Source of the DNA: Opitutales bacterium
GTDB taxonomy: Bacteria > Verrucomicrobiota > Verrucomicrobiia > Opitutales > PNEW01
Length of the DNA: 64,000 nucleotides
Direction of reading: 5' to 3'
NCBI GenBank assembly: GCA_965197745.1
Contig: CBDANS010000006.1
Location: forward strand, 480,001-544,000
Part shown: positions 20,998-29,504 of the stretch, piece after piece
Layout: every line of letters starts with the position of its first letter
Numbering within the stretch: position 1 is the first letter of the stretch
Translations under genes and position numbers: made by a program
The notes under the pieces: model-generated
What the model was told of the DNA's origin: nothing
What the model saw: the letters and a program-made list of their open reading frames with translations, nothing else
Database searches by the model: none

Positions 20998-22632
20998 TCA
21001 CCCTTTTAAACTTTTGACCTTTTGACTTTTTGACTTCTTCACCCTCGTGTTTTTTGGCTCTGCGCTTTTCTCCGGGTAATCCAAAGTATAATGGAGTCCG
21101 CGACTCTCTTTACGCTGAAGCGCGCACTCAACAATAAGTTCCGCAACCTGGATAAGATTACGCAACTCCAGGAGTCGCGTTTCTACCTTAAAATTCCAGT
21201 AATAATCGTCAATTTCTTTGGCCAGATTTTGAATGCGTGCGCGTGCTCTTTCCAGTCGTTTTGTGGTGCGAACAATAGCCACGTAGTCCCACATAGTTCG
21301 CTTTAATTCTTCCCAATTATGGGAAAGAACCACGCGTTCATCACTGTCCTGCACATCCCCATCTATCCAGTCCGGAAGCTCAATCGTCTCTTTATTGTCA
21401 TGCTTTAAAAAGTCCAATACGCTCAGGATTCCATTGTGCGCAAGGACAACGGCCTCGAGCAGAGAATTGCTCGCCAACCGGTTAGCTCCATGTAATCCCG
21501 TGCACGCCACTTCACCGCAAGCGTATAATCCGTCCAGGCTTGTCTCAGCAGACTGGTTCGTCATGATGCCCCCGCACAGGTAGTGGGCCGCTGGCACGAC
21601 CGGGATATATTCTTTTGCCATATTAATCCCATTACGCGCGCAGGTATTAAAAATATTGGGAAACCGTTCTTCGAGGATTTCTTCAGGGTGTCCGGTAATA
21701 TCCAGCCATAGATGCTTAGCCCCCGATTGCTTCATTTCACTGTCGATTGCTCGAGCGACAATATCGCGTGGCGCAAGATCCGCCTGGGGATGATAATTCT
21801 TCATAAACGGCTTCTTGTCCATATTGCGCAGGATAGCGCCCTCTCCTCTTACCGCCTCACTGATGAGAAACCGGTCCTCAGAATTGGTGTAGAGCGCGGT
21901 AGGATGAAATTGAATGAATTCCATATTCTCAATTTCAACCCCGGCACGATAGGCCATGGCAATGCCATCACCCGTGGCAATATCGGGATTAGTTGTATAT
22001 TGATAAGCCTTACCTGCGCCTCCCGTGGCCAGGAGCACCACCGGCGCCCGGAAAGTTTCCACTACCCCCGAACGGACATTAAGCGCATAAAGACCGACTA
22101 CTTTATCTCCATCGTTGCTATCCGAAATTCCCCCATTGCCCAGACTTTTATAGGTAATTAAATCAATCGCCAGGAAATGTTCCAGGGTTGTAATGTTAGA
22201 TTTTTGGGCGACGGCGCGTAATAAGGCTGACTCGATTGCTTTGCCCGTAATGTCTTTGACATGCAAAATACGCCTTTTTGAATGGCCTCCTTCTTTTCCT
22301 AAAGAGGGACGCCCGTCATCAAGTTGCGTAAAACGCACGCCTAGTTCAATTAATCCCCGAATGCCAGCAGGAGCTTCAGTGATTATCTGGCGCACCACCG
22401 CTTCATTGCAGAGCCCATCACCCGCTTCCAGAGTATCGCGCACGTGATACTCTAATTCGTCTCCTTCCGAAGTGACACAGGCGATGCCGCCCTGAGCATA
22501 ATTGGTATTGGATTCAGCGCGGTTTTTTTTCGTAATAATGGCCACTGAGTAGCCTTTCTCCGCTACGCTGTGCGCGAAACTAAGACCGGCTATTCCACTG
22601 CCAACTACTATGATATCGTAAAAGTGCGACAT
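20998..22632 (-). CDS. nadB: L-aspartate oxidase
   Basis: GSGIAGL, YAQGGIA, EGGHS, QFHPT, HGANRLASNSLLE, ESRGLHY. Confidence 0.96.
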   Translation of the reverse strand: MSHFYDIIVVGSGIAGLSFAHSVAEKGYSVAIITKKNRAESNTNYAQGGIACVTSEGDELEYHVRDTLEAGDGLCNEAVVRQIITEAPAGIRGLIELGVRFTQLDDGRPSLGKEGGHSKRRILHVKDITGKAIESALLRAVAQKSNITTLEHFLAIDLITYKSLGNGGISDSNDGDKVVGLYALNVRSGVVETFRAPVVLLATGGAGKAYQYTTNPDIATGDGIAMAYRAGVEIENMEFIQFHPTALYTNSEDRFLISEAVRGEGAILRNMDKKPFMKNYHPQADLAPRDIVARAIDSEMKQSGAKHLWLDITGHPEEILEERFPNIFNTCARNGINMAKEYIPVVPAAHYLCGGIMTNQSAETSLDGLYACGEVACTGLHGANRLASNSLLEAVVLAHNGILSVLDFLKHDNKETIELPDWIDGDVQDSDERVVLSHNWEELKRTMWDYVAIVRTTKRLERARARIQNLAKEIDDYYWNFKVETRLLELRNLIQVAELIVECALQRKESRGLHYTLDYPEKSAEPKNTRVKKSKSQKVKSLKG

Positions 22633-22734
22633 AGACTGAATCAGTGAGTGATAAAACTTACCATATTATCCTGTTTATGCACGACTAACCACTGTGTTTA
22701 CTAAACGCATGGGATAATAATTAAATGATCATTG

Positions 22735-23577
22735 CTAAACAAGAACGTTATCAATGAGTCGAATAGTATCACACCAGGCGGCGATGGCGATCAATGTGTG
22801 TCCTCGCTTGATTTCTTTAAGGGGCTCCATTGTATCGCGTTCCACAATGGAAACGTAAAGTACACTCAACCGCGGATTTTCAGATAATAAATAATTAATT
22901 TCAGCCGAAATGCGGTCCGCGTTTAAAATCCCATCCGTGATCATTTTTTCGGCCTTTTGGAGCGACTTATAAATAGCACATGCATCTTTGCGTTGTGCTG
23001 CATTAAGATAGGCGTTTCGTGAACTCAGCGCCAGACCATCCTTGTCGCGAACGGTCGGGCAGACGATAATATCAATGGGTATTCGCAAATCGCGCACCAT
23101 TCTTTTTATTATCGCGCATTGCTGCGCATCCTTCTGCCCGAACACCGCGAAGTCCGGTCGCACAATATTAAAAAGTATTGCCACCACGGTGGCTACACCC
23201 CGGAAAAATAAGGGGCGGGAAATTCCGCAGAGTCCCTCACTTAACTTTTCCTCAGCCACGTAAGTTGAATAATCGTCGGGGTATATTGCTTCCGAGTCAG
23301 GGATAAAAACAATATCAGCTCCGCGCTCCTTGCACATTTTTAAATCATTTTTACGCGTGCGCGGATAACTTTTATAATCCTCATTGGGACCAAATTGTGC
23401 GGGATTTAAAAATAGTGAAACGATTAATACATCGGCTTTTTTTTTCGCGTAGTCGACAAGGCTGAGATGGCCCTCGTGTAAATTGCCCAGGGTGGGGACT
23501 AATCCGATGTGTTTTCCTTCACAACGCAGGCCAAGCGCTAATGATTGCATCTCATTTATGGATTCAATGGTTTGCAT
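22735..23577 (-). CDS. panC: Pantoate--beta-alanine ligase
   Basis: PTLGNLHEGHLSL, NPAQF, FGQKDAQQ, LALSSRN, RLIDN. Confidence 0.96.
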   Translation of the reverse strand: MQTIESINEMQSLALGLRCEGKHIGLVPTLGNLHEGHLSLVDYAKKKADVLIVSLFLNPAQFGPNEDYKSYPRTRKNDLKMCKERGADIVFIPDSEAIYPDDYSTYVAEEKLSEGLCGISRPLFFRGVATVVAILFNIVRPDFAVFGQKDAQQCAIIKRMVRDLRIPIDIIVCPTVRDKDGLALSSRNAYLNAAQRKDACAIYKSLQKAEKMITDGILNADRISAEINYLLSENPRLSVLYVSIVERDTMEPLKEIKRGHTLIAIAAWCDTIRLIDNVLV

Positions 23578-23667
23578 TTGCCTGATTCCTTCTTACATTC
23601 TTTGCCTCAAAAATAAGAAGAGATCAAAAATTTAGCAAAACGACAAGATTAACAGACTGAGAGAACC

Positions 23668-24891
23668 ATGATAAGAATCAACGAACACTTTCTTAAACTG
23701 AAGGCATCGTACCTTTTCCTGGAAATTGCCGATCACGTGTCCGCCTATCAGAAAAAAAATCCGGATCGGGAAATTATAAAAATGGGCATTGGTGATGTTA
23801 CTGAACCGCTGCCACAAGTCTGCAGAGACGCTTTTCATGCGGCAGTAGATGAAATGGGTCACCGGGATACCTTTCGCGGTTATGGACCTGAACAGGGTTA
23901 TGACTTTTTAAGAGAGGCTATCGCTCAATTTGATTACCAGTCTCGCGGTGCCGACATTTCAGATGAAGAAATTTTTATCAGTGACGGATCAAAGTGCGAC
24001 TCCGCTAATATTCAGGAAATATTTGCCACTGATATAAAAATCGCCATCACCGATCCCGTCTATCCGGTTTATCTGGATACTAATGTCATGGCGGGGCGGA
24101 CCGGAACTGATCATAATGGACGCTTTGAAAATGTCGTCTATCTTAATTCCACTCCGGACAATCACTATATCCCGGAAATTCCCAATGAAACGATTGATTT
24201 AATTTATCTCTGTTTCCCCAATAACCCTACGGGGGCGACAGTGACTAGAGATCAGTTAAAAGTGTGGGTTGATTACGCGAGGGTAAATAAAGCGCTCATC
24301 CTTTATGATGCCGCTTACGTCAGTTATATACGTGATGAATCACTACCGCAGTCCATCTATGAAATCGAGGGGGCCAAAGAGGTAGCCATCGAATTCCGCA
24401 GCTTTTCTAAATCGGCCGGATTCACCGGCGTTCGTTGCGCCTATACGGTTATTCCCAAAATTTTAAAGGCTAATGATAGTAAGGGGGGCGAACAATCCAT
24501 TCACCCTCTATGGAATCGCCGTCAAAGTACAAAAATGAACGGTGTGTCCTATCCCGTTCAGCGTGCCGCCGAATCAGTCTATACCCCCGAGGGGCAAAAA
24601 CAGACGAGGGCGCTTACCGATTATTACCTCGGGAATGCCCGAGTTATCCGCGAGGCCATCACCAGCTTGGGCTATAACTGCGTCGGAGGTGATAACTCAC
24701 CTTATATCTGGATGTATACCGGGAAAGATTCGTGGGAATCATTTGATTTACTCCTGGAAAAAGCAGGTGTCGTCACTACCCCCGGCTCCGGCTTCGGTTC
24801 CTGCGGCGAAGGGCATATCCGGCTCAGCGCCTTTAATAATCGTGAAAACGTGACTGCCGCCATGGAACGGATCAGCGAAGTTCTGCGGTAA
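23668..24891 (+). CDS. dapL: LL-diaminopimelate aminotransferase
   Basis: [36 protein letters not shown]. Confidence 0.95.
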   Translation: MIRINEHFLKLKASYLFLEIADHVSAYQKKNPDREIIKMGIGDVTEPLPQVCRDAFHAAVDEMGHRDTFRGYGPEQGYDFLREAIAQFDYQSRGADISDEEIFISDGSKCDSANIQEIFATDIKIAITDPVYPVYLDTNVMAGRTGTDHNGRFENVVYLNSTPDNHYIPEIPNETIDLIYLCFPNNPTGATVTRDQLKVWVDYARVNKALILYDAAYVSYIRDESLPQSIYEIEGAKEVAIEFRSFSKSAGFTGVRCAYTVIPKILKANDSKGGEQSIHPLWNRRQSTKMNGVSYPVQRAAESVYTPEGQKQTRALTDYYLGNARVIREAITSLGYNCVGGDNSPYIWMYTGKDSWESFDLLLEKAGVVTTPGSGFGSCGEGHIRLSAFNNRENVTAAMERISEVLR

Positions 24892-24918
24892 CGCGTTACC
24901 GCGATCTCGCGTTTCCCC

Positions 24919-25028
24919 GGAGGGCCACGCAATGCCTGTCGGTCATAGTCCCGCTACCGCGGGACGACGACTGATCGTAGCCGTGTTATTCTATATAATC
25001 CTACGGACGTGACAACGCGCGTCCCTCC
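24919..25028. repeat. Inverted REP pair (REPIN-like, GGAG family), left REP carrying an insertion
   Basis: ggagggccacgc[...]tcgtagccg, AT-rich spacer, cggacgtgacaacgcgcgtccctcc. Confidence 0.75.
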
Positions 25029-25171
25029 ATTTATTTCATTCACACATCCACGCATACACGCTTATTCGCTTCCCAACCTCCGCATACACGCTTCTACGCA
25101 CATCTCCATCTACGCGTAAATGCGGGGAAATTAAAAGGTCACCCCCCCTTTTTGACCTTTTGACTTTTTGA

Positions 25172-25429
25172 CTAACTACCTTCCGAACCGGATGCCAGCT
25201 TGTTATAGAGCCAGGCGAAAATGAGTCCTCCGATAAACGCATCGCAAAAGCCCCATGCGAGTCCAATAAGACTTCCAAGTGCACTGATATGATAGCCCCG
25301 ATAGACGCGCTCTAATAAACCGGCGGTACCCTCTGGATCTAACCAGATCAGCCCCCAAGTCATGAAAAATATACCGGCTCCCCAGATTATTCCTGAGGTG
25401 AGACCGAATGCTTTAACATTAAGTTTCAT
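25172..25429 (-). CDS. Small membrane protein (85 aa)
   Basis: MKLNVKAFGLTSGIIWG...GSLIGLAWGFCDAFIGGLIFAWLYN; ATG at 25429. Confidence 0.75.
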   Translation of the reverse strand: MKLNVKAFGLTSGIIWGAGIFFMTWGLIWLDPEGTAGLLERVYRGYHISALGSLIGLAWGFCDAFIGGLIFAWLYNKLASGSEGS

Positions 25430-25510
25430 AAGATTAACTCCTTGATTTGGGTTGCAGTCCCATCGATATACCGTTCCTTGTACTTTGTAAAACACTAAAT
25501 CGAATTACCC

Positions 25511-26866
25511 ATGAGTGCTACTATATCCTCACAACAGAGAACCTTAACGCGATCGCGTCAATATTTTGAACGGGCAAAAAAAGTTGTTCCATCAACGACC
25601 AATACGCTTAGCCGCGGACCCCAAAACTGGATTCAAGGCGTCACTCCTAATTTCATCCAGCGCGGTGAAGGAGCTTATGTTTATGATGTCGACGGCAACA
25701 GGTATATTGATTACGCTTCGGGTTTGGGCCCTTATATCCTCGGTTATGGTCATCCCGTGGTTATCGATGCCGTGAAGAAGCAACTGGAAGACGGCAATGT
25801 CTTTGGTCTCTGTCACCCGCTTGAGGTGGAACTCAGTGAATTGCTCTGTGAGTTAATCCCCTGTGCCGAGATGGTGCGTTTGGGGCGCAATGGCAGCGAC
25901 GTAACGAGCATTGCGGTGCGCCTCTCGCGGGCCCATACCGGTCGTGATGTCGCTATCTCTTGTGGTTATCATGGATTTCAGGACTGGTACATCGGGTCGA
26001 CCGAACGCAATGCCGGGATTCCTCAAGCCGTGCGCGATCTGACCAAAACCTTTTCCTATAATGATCTCGATGCTCTGCGTAAATTGCTCGCTAAAAATGA
26101 AGGCAATGTCGCCTGCGTGATTATGGAACCTGTCTATCTTGAAGAACCCAATCCGGGTTATCTGGAAACGGTAAAAGAGCTGGTCCACGAAGCGGGTGCG
26201 GTACTCGTCTTCGATGAAATTATTACCGGATTTCGCTGGTCAATGGGTGGGGCGCAGGAATATTTCGGCGTAACGCCAGATCTCGCCTGTGTTGGCAAAG
26301 CCATGGCGAACGGCAGTCCGATCTCAGCACTCGTCGGAAAACGCGAGGTGATGAAAGATTTTGATGATAAGAATGTATTTTTTTCATGTACTTTCAGCGG
26401 AGAGACAACCGGGATGGCCGCCTCCATGGCTTGTATCAATTACATGCGTGATAATGATGTGATCGGAAAAATCTGGGAAAATGGAAAGCAATTACAGGAT
26501 AGATTCAATGAACTGACCCGGAAGCTGGGTATCGATTACATTTCGATAGAAGGTTACCCGTGCAAAACGACGGTAACCTTTAATGCTGCGGGTAAATATG
26601 ATTATAGTGAAATAAAAAGCCTATTTCAGCAGGAATGTATCCGGCATGGCTTGCTCTTCATCGGTTATCATTTTATAAACCTGGCGCACACCCAGGAGAT
26701 TATTGATGACACCATGGTGGTCTATGAAAGCGTGTTGCAATTTGTTGATAAAGCGGTCGAGGAAGATAATGTCGTCGATCTATTGGAAGGGCCCGCTTTA
26801 AAATCTATTTTCGCCAACGTCGGCGACCGCAGCAGCGGCCCCAGTGTGGTTGACGATGACTCGTGA
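25511..26866 (+). CDS. Class III aminotransferase (glutamate-1-semialdehyde aminomutase-like)
   Basis: DVDGNRYIDY, FDEIITGFR, PDLACVGKAMANG. Confidence 0.88.
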   Translation: MSATISSQQRTLTRSRQYFERAKKVVPSTTNTLSRGPQNWIQGVTPNFIQRGEGAYVYDVDGNRYIDYASGLGPYILGYGHPVVIDAVKKQLEDGNVFGLCHPLEVELSELLCELIPCAEMVRLGRNGSDVTSIAVRLSRAHTGRDVAISCGYHGFQDWYIGSTERNAGIPQAVRDLTKTFSYNDLDALRKLLAKNEGNVACVIMEPVYLEEPNPGYLETVKELVHEAGAVLVFDEIITGFRWSMGGAQEYFGVTPDLACVGKAMANGSPISALVGKREVMKDFDDKNVFFSCTFSGETTGMAASMACINYMRDNDVIGKIWENGKQLQDRFNELTRKLGIDYISIEGYPCKTTVTFNAAGKYDYSEIKSLFQQECIRHGLLFIGYHFINLAHTQEIIDDTMVVYESVLQFVDKAVEEDNVVDLLEGPALKSIFANVGDRSSGPSVVDDDS

Positions 26867-26867
26867 A

Positions 26868-27018
26868 AGCGGAGACGCGTGGATGCGTATAAGGGTATAA
26901 GAGGAAATGCGGAAGAGACCCTTTGGCAAGTGATCGGTGATAAATACACCTCTTATCCGCTTATACCCATATACGCTTACACGCATACACCCTTACACCC
27001 GTACACGTTTCCACTTTT
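26868..27018. repeat. Uninterrupted 8-mer-arm element
   Basis: gcggagac gcgtggat gcgtataa gggtataa gaggaaat; core caagtgatcggtgataaatacacctctt; then cgcttata cccatata cgcttaca cgcataca cccttaca. Confidence 0.75.
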
Positions 27019-27034
27019 ACTACCGTATTCCCAT

Positions 27035-27111
27035 GGAGGGCCACGCTCCGTCGTGGCCGTGTTGTTCTAAAAATGATAAAATACAACGGACGCGACAACG
27101 CGCGTCCCTCC
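27035..27111. repeat. Inverted REP pair (REPIN-like, GGAG family)
   Basis: ggagggccacgctccgtcgtggccg ... cggacgcgacaacgcgcgtccctcc. Confidence 0.8.
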
Positions 27112-27176
27112 ATATGGTTAATTTCCGCTTATCCGCATTCACTCATTTCCACATTATCGCTTAAACGCATCCACGC

Positions 27177-27566
27177 TTACACGCCTTCGACTTTCGACCT
27201 TAGACTTTCGACTTCGATTATCTCCGCGTCCTTCCATAGCGACTCGAGACGATAAAAGTCGCGTTGTTCAGGGAGGAAGAGATGCACCATAAAATCGTAA
27301 GCATCAACGACCAGCCATCCACTACCCGGCTCAGCGTCGATTTGGACCGGCTTGATATTGTTTTCCTTGAACGTTAGCTCCAGGGCAAGACTGAGCGCTT
27401 TGAGGTGCGGACCGGACATGCCTGAAGCAATAACGTAATAATCCGTAATCGATGATTTTTCGCCCAGGAAGAGGACCATGATGTTCTCCGCTTTTTTATC
27501 GTCCAGCGCTTGATAACAGGTTTCAACATGTTGCAGGGTATCGGACTTCTGATCCTCTTCAGTCAT
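27177..27566 (-). CDS. rsfS: Ribosome silencing factor RsfS (Iojap)
   Basis: ALDDKKAE, ITDYYVIASG, WLVVD, VHLF, RDFYRLESLW. Confidence 0.93.
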   Translation of the reverse strand: MTEEDQKSDTLQHVETCYQALDDKKAENIMVLFLGEKSSITDYYVIASGMSGPHLKALSLALELTFKENNIKPVQIDAEPGSGWLVVDAYDFMVHLFLPEQRDFYRLESLWKDAEIIEVESLRSKVEGV

Positions 27567-27629
27567 ATTATCAGGTGATATATAAATGCACTAAGTAAAA
27601 TATATTCACAATATTCTTCGTTTTCGACT

Positions 27630-27850
27630 TGTCATTGCGAGGAGTGAAGCGACGAAGCTACCGAGCGCAGCGACATCTTCCATTCCAGGCGGATGTCTGT
27701 TGCGTAATCACAGTCCCTGGACGCAGGTTTCAGACAATTGAAGATACGAATCCTCATTTGGAAAGATCTTAGCGGAGACTGATACCCGTAAGCACAATGA
27801 TTATTCGCCTGGATTGCCGCGGTCGGCTGATAGCCTCCCTCGCAATGACA
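27630..27850. repeat. Palindromic intergenic element with TGTCATTGCGAGG...CCTCGCAATGACA termini
   Basis: 13-bp terminal inverted repeat; left arm GAGGAGTGAAGCGACGAAGC, right arm GATTGCCGCGG. Confidence 0.8.
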
Positions 27851-27909
27851 ATAAAGACGAAGAGGGAGACGAAGCTTTATTATAAATATTAGTGCCATTG
27901 CGTGATCCA

Positions 27910-28503
27910 TTACTTATACAGTTTTTTAGTTTGTATGTAGTTAAACACTTTCGGCGGTAAAAATAATTCAACATTATTTCCCATTTTCACACGTTCACGA
28001 ATCTCACTTGAACTGATTTCAATGGGGTGCCCTTCTATAAATCGAAGATTCAAACCGGGTATCTCGGGTGAAGGTACCGCATTATAGCCGGGCCTTGCTA
28101 CACAGATGAATTCAACAATCTCGGCCAGCTCATTGATGCGGTGCCATCGAGACAGCTCACTCACATTGTCGGATCCGATGATCCATAAAACAGGTTGTTC
28201 GCTGTTTTGTTTATAGAGCTGTTGGGCGGTATCGATGGTATAGCTTATCCCACCACTATCCAGTTCAAGATCTAAACGTTTGAAACGCGGGTCCCCCTCC
28301 AGTGCAAAGGCCAACATTTTCAGGCGGTCTCCATTCGAACTTGACGGGGGATCGTCTTTCAATGGGTTTTGCGTCGCTGGAACAAAATATACACAGTCCA
28401 GACTTAACTGCTCGCATACATCCTGGGCTATGATAAGGTGACCCAAGTGTATAGGATCAAATGTTCCGCCCAGATATCCTGTTTTGATACCCTCTTTATT
28501 CAC
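27910..28503 (-). CDS. nadD: Nicotinate-nucleotide adenylyltransferase
   Basis: GGTFDPIHLGHL, SYTIDT, IIGSD, ISSSEIR; adjacent to rsfS. Confidence 0.95.
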   Translation of the reverse strand: MNKEGIKTGYLGGTFDPIHLGHLIIAQDVCEQLSLDCVYFVPATQNPLKDDPPSSSNGDRLKMLAFALEGDPRFKRLDLELDSGGISYTIDTAQQLYKQNSEQPVLWIIGSDNVSELSRWHRINELAEIVEFICVARPGYNAVPSPEIPGLNLRFIEGHPIEISSSEIRERVKMGNNVELFLPPKVFNYIQTKKLYK

Positions 28504-28667
28504 GAGGTCTCGGGTTAATGGTAGAAGAATATATAAGCAATTATTCGGGCGAATATAAATGTTACATTAAGTTACACCAGTATTACATCTAATTACATCT
28601 GAGCAAATAAAAAATTGATTTCTCCTCACGCTCATAGAGATTAGTTAAACAATAATCCCTTAAACTG

Positions 28668-29309
28668 ATGTCATCACCTGTATCCATGGATCGCGAAAGC
28701 CTTTCACACTGCTTCAATCGTCTTCTCAGCACCGAAGATAACGCCGATGGGCTAACCCTGGGCGACGTTTTTTCGCAGGTTGGCGACAAAGGGTTCGGAC
28801 TCCTTCTCGTCGTCTTAGCCTTACCCAGCGCCCTACCCGTTCCGGCCGCCGGCTACAGCACGCCTTTCGGAATTTTGATTGCCATACTCGGCTTGCAGAT
28901 GATTTTCGGACGAAGCAGCCCCTGGCTGCCGTCCCGGGCTAAAAGGATGAAAATTAAACCCGCTTTTTTTAAAAAAATGTTCCATGCCGCCAATCAGTTT
29001 TTTTCGCGGTTCGAACACTTGATCAAACCTCGCATGCGTTGGATAGGAAGCAGACTGGGCCTCTCCTTTATGGGTGTCCTTGTTCTTATTATGGCCTGTC
29101 TCATGATTATGCCCATCCCCCTGACCAACACCGCACCAGCCATGGTGGTGTTTATCGTCGGGGTAGGTTTAAGCGAAGACGACGGTCTCTTTGCCGGAGC
29201 AGCCTGTGTCCTCGGTGTCCTTGCTGTCTTCCTTTATATCTATGTCATCTATCTCTTAATCACGGTTGGGGCGGAAGGTCTTAATAGAGCGTTAGGAACG
29301 GGGTCTTAG
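28668..29309 (+). CDS. ExoD-family membrane protein
   Basis: GFGLLLVVLALP.ALP.P, PWLP, PIPLTNTAPA, EDDGL. Confidence 0.85.
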   Translation: MSSPVSMDRESLSHCFNRLLSTEDNADGLTLGDVFSQVGDKGFGLLLVVLALPSALPVPAAGYSTPFGILIAILGLQMIFGRSSPWLPSRAKRMKIKPAFFKKMFHAANQFFSRFEHLIKPRMRWIGSRLGLSFMGVLVLIMACLMIMPIPLTNTAPAMVVFIVGVGLSEDDGLFAGAACVLGVLAVFLYIYVIYLLITVGAEGLNRALGTGS

Positions 29310-29406
29310 GTTTAGGTGTCACCTCTCAGGTATGAGTGATTAAGCAAAAGGGAATATGCGAGAAAGCGGAAATGCGAATATGTGAAAAAAATCAATTTTA
29401 TCTTCC

Positions 29407-29486
29407 GGAGGAACGCGCATTATCGTGTCCGTTAGATTTTATAATTTATATTGGAATAACACGGCCACAACAACGCGTGTCCCTCC
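29407..29486. repeat. Degenerate inverted REP pair (GGAG family)
   Basis: ggaggaacgcgcattatcgtgtccg ... cggccacaacaacgcgtgtccctcc. Confidence 0.65.
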
Positions 29487-29504
29487 AGAACAACTGACAG
29501 ACCA

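Larger units (their letters stand above)
19526..21000. repeat. Element with oppositely oriented arms of degenerate 8-mers around a conserved core, interrupted by IS481
   Basis: Purine-rich 8-mers, core CAAGTGATTGGTGATAAAT|ACACCTCTT, then pyrimidine-rich 8-mers (acgcattc); uninterrupted relative at 26868-27018. Confidence 0.75.

Noticed and set aside
25172..25429. Holin indicating a prophage
   Set aside because: Small membrane protein in housekeeping context; no phage genes in the window.
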